This document shows positions 61,044-64,000 of a DNA stretch of 64,000 nucleotides, one piece after another. This stretch comes from Phoronis australis (Eukaryota; Animalia; Phoronida): positions 23,600 through 87,599 of the forward strand of contig NMRA01000863.1 of assembly GCA_002633005.1 (NCBI GenBank). Direction: 5' to 3'. Within the stretch, counting starts at the first letter, position 1; the number at the start of each line of letters is the position of its first letter. The position numbers and the translations under genes are program-made. The notes below the pieces were generated by a model. The model was not told the DNA's origin. It did no database searches and worked only from the letters and a program-made list of their open reading frames with translations.

Positions 61044-64000
61044 GACCATGATATTTTTCAGTAAAAGGCCCACATAATGAAAAATTCGAGCTCCCCCATA
61101 TTTTAGGCTGGGTGAGCGCATGAAATTAATAACAATAACAATAACGAAAACTATCGGTATCTTTCCCAGGGATATACTTAGCCACTCACCCAGTCGCCAA
61201 TGCGAGTAAAAATGGTGCTGGGCGAGTAGAAGTTGACTTGCCGGTCGCCCAGGTGGTGAGCGAATTTCAGAGCGCAAAAGCATTATATATCGTTTCCCAG
61301 ATGAATATGAATAATTTTCCTCCTACTTGTGCTGTTTTTATCATGAATTTAAGGTTCAGTTTGGTCATCGTGTCGATGCTGCGGCAGTAAAAAACATCAA
61401 CGCAGTGCGACCCTACCGATTCAGTACACTACGTCACCCGTTACGCGATTCGTCAAAAAAATCACAGTGTGTGGTCGTGCACAAAGAATTTGTGGACTAG
61501 TCCGAAACGAAGAAAAGGGGAGAAAGGTGGAAGACCGGTCCATGTGCTCGTAGCAAATGAAATACCATATTTCTTGGAACTGATTTCTTATTGTAATGTA
61601 CAATGTCATTTTAGCCAAAATTATTTTTATAACATTCGTCCTAATAATCGCCCATGCCCCTATAAGCGTCCCCACTCGTTTTCAGACTTCGCTAAAATAA
61701 GCGCCCAGTCCATGAATGTGTATATATTTGTGTGAAAAATGTCTTACCTCACAGTTCTAAAATTCTACAGTAATGTATTCAATTTATCAATAATATCCGA
61801 CAGTCATGAAAAATCATTGTGCGCGGAATTTCTAGTAGACCACGAGCCTCGCCGCTATGTCGGTATTTAGCCGTGGCTGTACACTTCAAACTGTTCCGCA
61901 GTGCTTCAAAAAGAACGCAAAAGATTTGCTGATCTTGGGAGGAAAGTGTCACACTATATGGTCTGGCCCTTCAGAACAGACGCAGCGTACTGGTCAACGG
62001 GATTGGTATTGTATCTTTCCTGTACAGATCTTCTCCCACAACAGGAATCCAGATTGCTTTGTACATGTAAAATTATGAAAACCGTGAATCAAAACTTGGC
62101 CAAGAAGCGCGCGCTAGGGCCTACATATAATATGTGGGCCTGCTCAATGAGATAAATATAAGTCGTTATCCCCCGTTATCTAGAGCCCGAGTGGATTTTG
62201 GAAAATTATTGCCCGAGGGGCGCAAGCTTCGACCGGGAAAATATCGTCTGCTAAAGTAGGTTACCACAAAGACGCTCTCTACGGTCTCTGGTTACCACCA
62301 GTAACTGACTATAGTGCTCAAGTCAAAGTATCCCGACCACACGACACCCGCATTCAAACTGGAGATCGGTGATTTACAAGTGAGAGAACACGAGAGAAAA
62401 ATTTCTCTGAATTAAAATATTGTTTTTATGGAAATTATGCGACTTATTTTTCATTGCGTATAATTGTCGGTGCAATGCCCTCTGCTGAACATGCGATTGT
62501 TGCGCGTGCTCATTTTTAAATATAGAATACTTAAAAGTATTCTATTTTCACGTTGAATGACGTCGGCCGCTGAGTGGTGTAGTGGTAAAGTCGGCGACTC
62601 GCAACTGTTGAGGCCTGCTACTCTGGCAAATGAAAACTGATAACACGCACGCGCTCGCTCACTCGGTGCACACCAGCTGACTCACTTCAATACAACATAT
62701 GTGTTCGTCCAGATTTTTCTCGTTGCGGTGTGCGATCTAGCGCAGATTTTGACTCAATCTGCAGTTAATCCCGACTTCGAGTCCACAGGAACTTAAGAAT
62801 CTTAGGAAAGGCTATTTGGAAAACTTAAAGAGGATTTCAGGTAATTTGAGTCGAAACTATTTTTACTCAAGAATTCAAAGTTGTCCTATCGACGATGGCG
62901 AAGCTTTTTTTAAATATTATCTCATTCACAGAAAATTTGATACTAACTATATTTAAAAATGTGGACTGCAAAATGACAAGTGCTCCCTTTGAGGATTCGT
63001 AGAAACTGTTAACCATTTTTGTTTGGGATTTGAGCTGTAGTTCCACTTGGGAAGAAAACACAGACATGACTTTCAAACGTAGAAGAGACTTACCATATAC
63101 TAGTTGTGTACATATTATTTTCAGTGAAATTAATAACATCTTAAGAATGATTCCATATAAAAACCATATGAAAATGAAAAATCACTATATACTCAAAAAT
63201 TCATATAGAACTAATACTTTGTGCATGTGTTGGGATGCTGGCCCAAATTACACTGCTGCAATATTTGCACTCAATGACCTTTGGTTACCGAGATATGACC
63301 TATTTGGCTATAAAGTCATATTTTGCATTTTTTCATGTCACTAAAACTGCATTTTTTGAATGGCCAAAAATCAGACTTGGAAAACTGGTGACAAAGTTTG
63401 ACATTGATAGTCATAAAGACTCATGTAAGATTAGTAAGAAAATGAAATTTGCAACTCATAGGTACAATTAAATTTCCAGCAGGGGAGAAAACTCCAAGAC
63501 CACTTTCAGGCCAGTCACAAGTGGCAAGATGTTGCTTAACCTGCCTGCTATATCGAATATATTTGAAGTTGATATTCTCTATGTAGACACTTCTAAGATT
63601 GAACTTTGATAATTGCTTTTAAAAAAACTTGTCTCTTATACATTTAGTTTTAAACGTGGCCCTCGAATTTGGGCATTTTTGTGATGTGGCCTCATTCTGA
63701 CTGACAAGAGAGTTGAGGCTACTCTTTTAGTTTAGAGATAAAACCTAAAATATATGATCTAATATCAAAATTCAATATCACAAAAAATTAAATTTCACTT
63801 TTGAGACCCCAATTTTCTAAAACACCCCATTCTTTGTTTAACTTTACCAATAGCACTTTAGGGTTCGAGATTACATGCACTTCCTGTCACTGCAAAGAAT
63901 GTGGAGGAATTTGCTTCTTGTACATTTGGTCAATTTTCGTTACATACGTGTGATCGCGGAGGAAATGTGGCCTTCATTAGGTGTGTTAAAGACGTCAGAA

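Overview
AT-rich, repeat-dense animal genomic DNA, probably a marine invertebrate (inference from the transposon families present); it is not prokaryotic and has no CRISPR array, rRNA or intact tRNA. Most ORF-track entries are noise. Host-gene content: (i) one intact 433-aa ORF (57490-58791) with an internally duplicated N-terminal unit and a C-terminal domain resembling ADP-ribosyltransferase-fold/PHYHIP-C-like proteins; (ii) two paralogous minus-strand cassettes missed by the ORF track, each TATA + short non-coding exon 1 + signal-peptide exon 2 (MKPVYIIALVIVGVMLSSAS, MKTVYIIALLIVTVMFSAT). Mobile DNA: a decayed Tx1/L1-like LINE; TTAA-specific Kolobok-like elements with THAP remnants; an LTR relic with a ~115-bp repeat array; three copies of a P-element-like family with 7-bp TSDs; a 5.1-kb element with an 8-bp TSD; fragments of a Gmr1-type (INT before RT) Gypsy element; and a near-perfect 184-bp x ~18 array that seems to lie inside a TTA-duplicating insertion. 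A ~4-kb block occurs twice (19994-24018, and in pieces across 33195-55192). The two copies give empty/filled site pairs and show the P-like element in opposite orientations at the same target site. All alignments were done by eye; no database searches were run.
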